DNA from: Calditrichaceae bacterium
GTDB taxonomy: Bacteria > Calditrichota > Calditrichia > Calditrichales > JBFXGD01
Direction of reading: 5' to 3'
Assembly: GCA_050173015.1 (NCBI GenBank)
Contig: JBFXLE010000017.1
Span: forward strand, 30,806 to 94,805
DNA length: 64,000 nucleotides
Shown here piece after piece: positions 62,226-64,000 of the stretch. The notes below the pieces were generated by a model, which was not told the origin of the DNA, searched no databases, and was given only the letters and a program-made list of their open reading frames with translations. Each line of letters starts with the position of its first letter. Within the stretch, counting starts at the first letter, position 1. The position numbers and the translations under genes are program-made.

Positions 62226-63538
62226 GGTTTTTGCATCCGTTTTTTCAACGCGCTTTTTTCCAGTGCGAGAATATGCTCGATTTGCAAAGTCGCGGACCGC
62301 ATGGCTTCATCCACCGGGCGTATATCTCCAAGCACCGCGGAAAACTCAATCTGCAAAATCTGTGAAATCTGCTGATAAAAGGGGGAAACCGGTCTGGGCC
62401 GGGTCATTTCAAGAATCCCATACAATTCGGTGATGAACGGCTGATCCTTCATAATCTGAGCATCACTGTATAATGCCTTTCTGGCCGGTTTTATGCCAAC
62501 ATTCAGCGCGAATTCCTTCAGAATTTCCGGCGTTGTCATATAGCGGACAAACTTTTTTGCCGCTTCTTTGTTTTTGGAAAATCTGTTCACCGCAATCTGC
62601 CAGCCACCCAGGGTGCTTAAACTGCTTTCGCCGTCAAGTGATAACATGGGACTCACACCCACCTTCCCTTTCACCGGCGAATCTTCAAGTTGGAAAAATG
62701 TCCAGCAGTAGGGCCAGTTTCTCAAAAAAATACAATTACCGTTAAAAAAACTTAGTCTTGTGGTTTCTTCATCAGAGGTGGTCACCCATCCGGGACTTAT
62801 TTTATAGAGATGGATCGTGTCCCTCATCCATTGCAGGGCATTTTTTGTTTCCGCGTCTTCCAGATGCAGGCGGTTGTCTCCGTCAAGGATCCTTCCCCCG
62901 AAACCGCCGATAATTTCATTCGCGGCGCAAATCAATCCTTCATACTGTTTACCTTGCCATAAAAATCCATAGAGATCTTTTCTGTTTTCACCGGCAAGAA
63001 TCGTCTGTGCCTGATATACCATCTCATCAAATGTTGCAGGAGGCTGAAAACCGTATTTTCCCAGAAGATCTTTACGGTAGTAAAAAAGACCGCCGTCAAC
63101 ATACCAGGGCACCGCGTAAAGACTTCCTTTATAGGTGTCGGCCTGAATGGGCCCGCTAAAAAACTCATTCCGCTCTTCGGGTGGAATCAATTCGGAAAGA
63201 TCTTCGAGCCAACCCGCCAGACTGAATTCGGGCGTCCAGATCACATCTATGAGAAAAACATCAAACTCGTCTGAACGCGCCTCCAGACTGGTGGCATAAT
63301 ATTGATGCTGTATATCGGTATTCGCGGGTAGAATTTCTTCTTTGACTGTAATATTTGGATTTAAATTTTGGAAAGACCTGATTGTTTTTTCGAATTGTTC
63401 GGACGAATTGGCGAGTTTGAAGTGTTTAAAAATGATTGTTTGATCCGAGTCGCGCGGTTCACCGGAGTTTTCATTTTTCCCGCAGGATATGCAAAATATC
63501 AAAATGATCGAAAAAATGCAGGGGATAATTTTCATCAT
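62222..63538 (-). CDS. Carbohydrate ABC substrate-binding lipoprotein (trehalose/maltose type)
   Basis: Lipobox CISC, DVIWTPEF, WQGKQYEGL, RNWPY, TLGGW. Confidence 0.9.
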   Translation of the reverse strand: MMKIIPCIFSIILIFCISCGKNENSGEPRDSDQTIIFKHFKLANSSEQFEKTIRSFQNLNPNITVKEEILPANTDIQHQYYATSLEARSDEFDVFLIDVIWTPEFSLAGWLEDLSELIPPEERNEFFSGPIQADTYKGSLYAVPWYVDGGLFYYRKDLLGKYGFQPPATFDEMVYQAQTILAGENRKDLYGFLWQGKQYEGLICAANEIIGGFGGRILDGDNRLHLEDAETKNALQWMRDTIHLYKISPGWVTTSDEETTRLSFFNGNCIFLRNWPYCWTFFQLEDSPVKGKVGVSPMLSLDGESSLSTLGGWQIAVNRFSKNKEAAKKFVRYMTTPEILKEFALNVGIKPARKALYSDAQIMKDQPFITELYGILEMTRPRPVSPFYQQISQILQIEFSAVLGDIRPVDEAMRSATLQIEHILALEKSALKKRMQKP

Positions 63539-63770
63539 TTATTTACTAAACTCCAAATCAGCAGCCAATTAATGGATTTGGCAAATTTAGCGAATAGTCA
63601 TGCTGGCCGCCGAAAAATAAATCTTTCCGCGGGGCATCTTATTTTCACACATTTGAAACACGAAGCATTTCCCGATCATTCCTGATGATTTATTTGTCTC
63701 CGCGTGTTTTATTCAAGGCAGAAAAATATCTCTTCTATAAAAACGTCTCTGTCGGGCGCAGACCGGTAAG

Positions 63771-64000
63771 TCCCTACTCTTAACTCTTTTCTCTTAACGC
63801 TCTTAAATTCTTACTTCTTAACCCACCCCGGGCCTGATAAATCATGCCCTTCCCATCCCTTATGCATAAGGGTGGGGATCGAGGGGAGGGTCAGTCGCGG
63901 GGTCCGTTTTCCTACAAAAATGTCATCCCTTCGGGATTGGGGAATCAATTTTCCGCGGTTAACTGTATTCGGTCCGTCCCTACTCTTAACTCTTTTCTCT
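63771..64000. repeat. Second copy of the mosaic repeat family (runs off window)
   Basis: 63904-63994 is a near-identical 91-bp direct repeat of 60898-60988; tccctactcttaactcttttctcttaacgctcttaa also at 60609; palindrome cccttatgcataaggg at 63857-63872. Confidence 0.85.

Overview
This is a 64-kb chromosomal segment of a Gram-negative bacterium. It is most likely FCB-related, with Calditrichota-like as an inference from the long SecA, split gcvPA/gcvPB, a T9SS-type C-terminal domain and the intact atp operon after parAB/M23/bactofilin. Every credible gene is on the minus strand. Most content is housekeeping: pdxS, serA-like, gcvH/PA/PB, accB/C, nadD, bamD, secA, nusB, hbd/thiolase, phoH, aspS, the full F1Fo atp operon, parAB and der. 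Four embedded modules stand out. (1) A 7-gene Myxococcus Agl-Glt-like envelope motor cluster (two giant TPR proteins, GltF-like, ExbB, two ExbD, GltG-like TonB-C), in which one ExbD has Asn at the proton-carrying Asp position. (2) A lone bacterial-microcompartment vertex gene co-oriented with an ACT protein carrying encapsulation-peptide-like helices, a PFL-like UPF0210 protein and a nitrilase-family enzyme. (3) A two-component/c-di-GMP set interleaved inside the acc and gcv operons. (4) Mosaic REP-like and heptamer repeats flanking an incomplete sugar ABC cassette. No rRNA, tRNA, CRISPR array or transposase was seen. All calls come from reading the sequence; no database searches were run.
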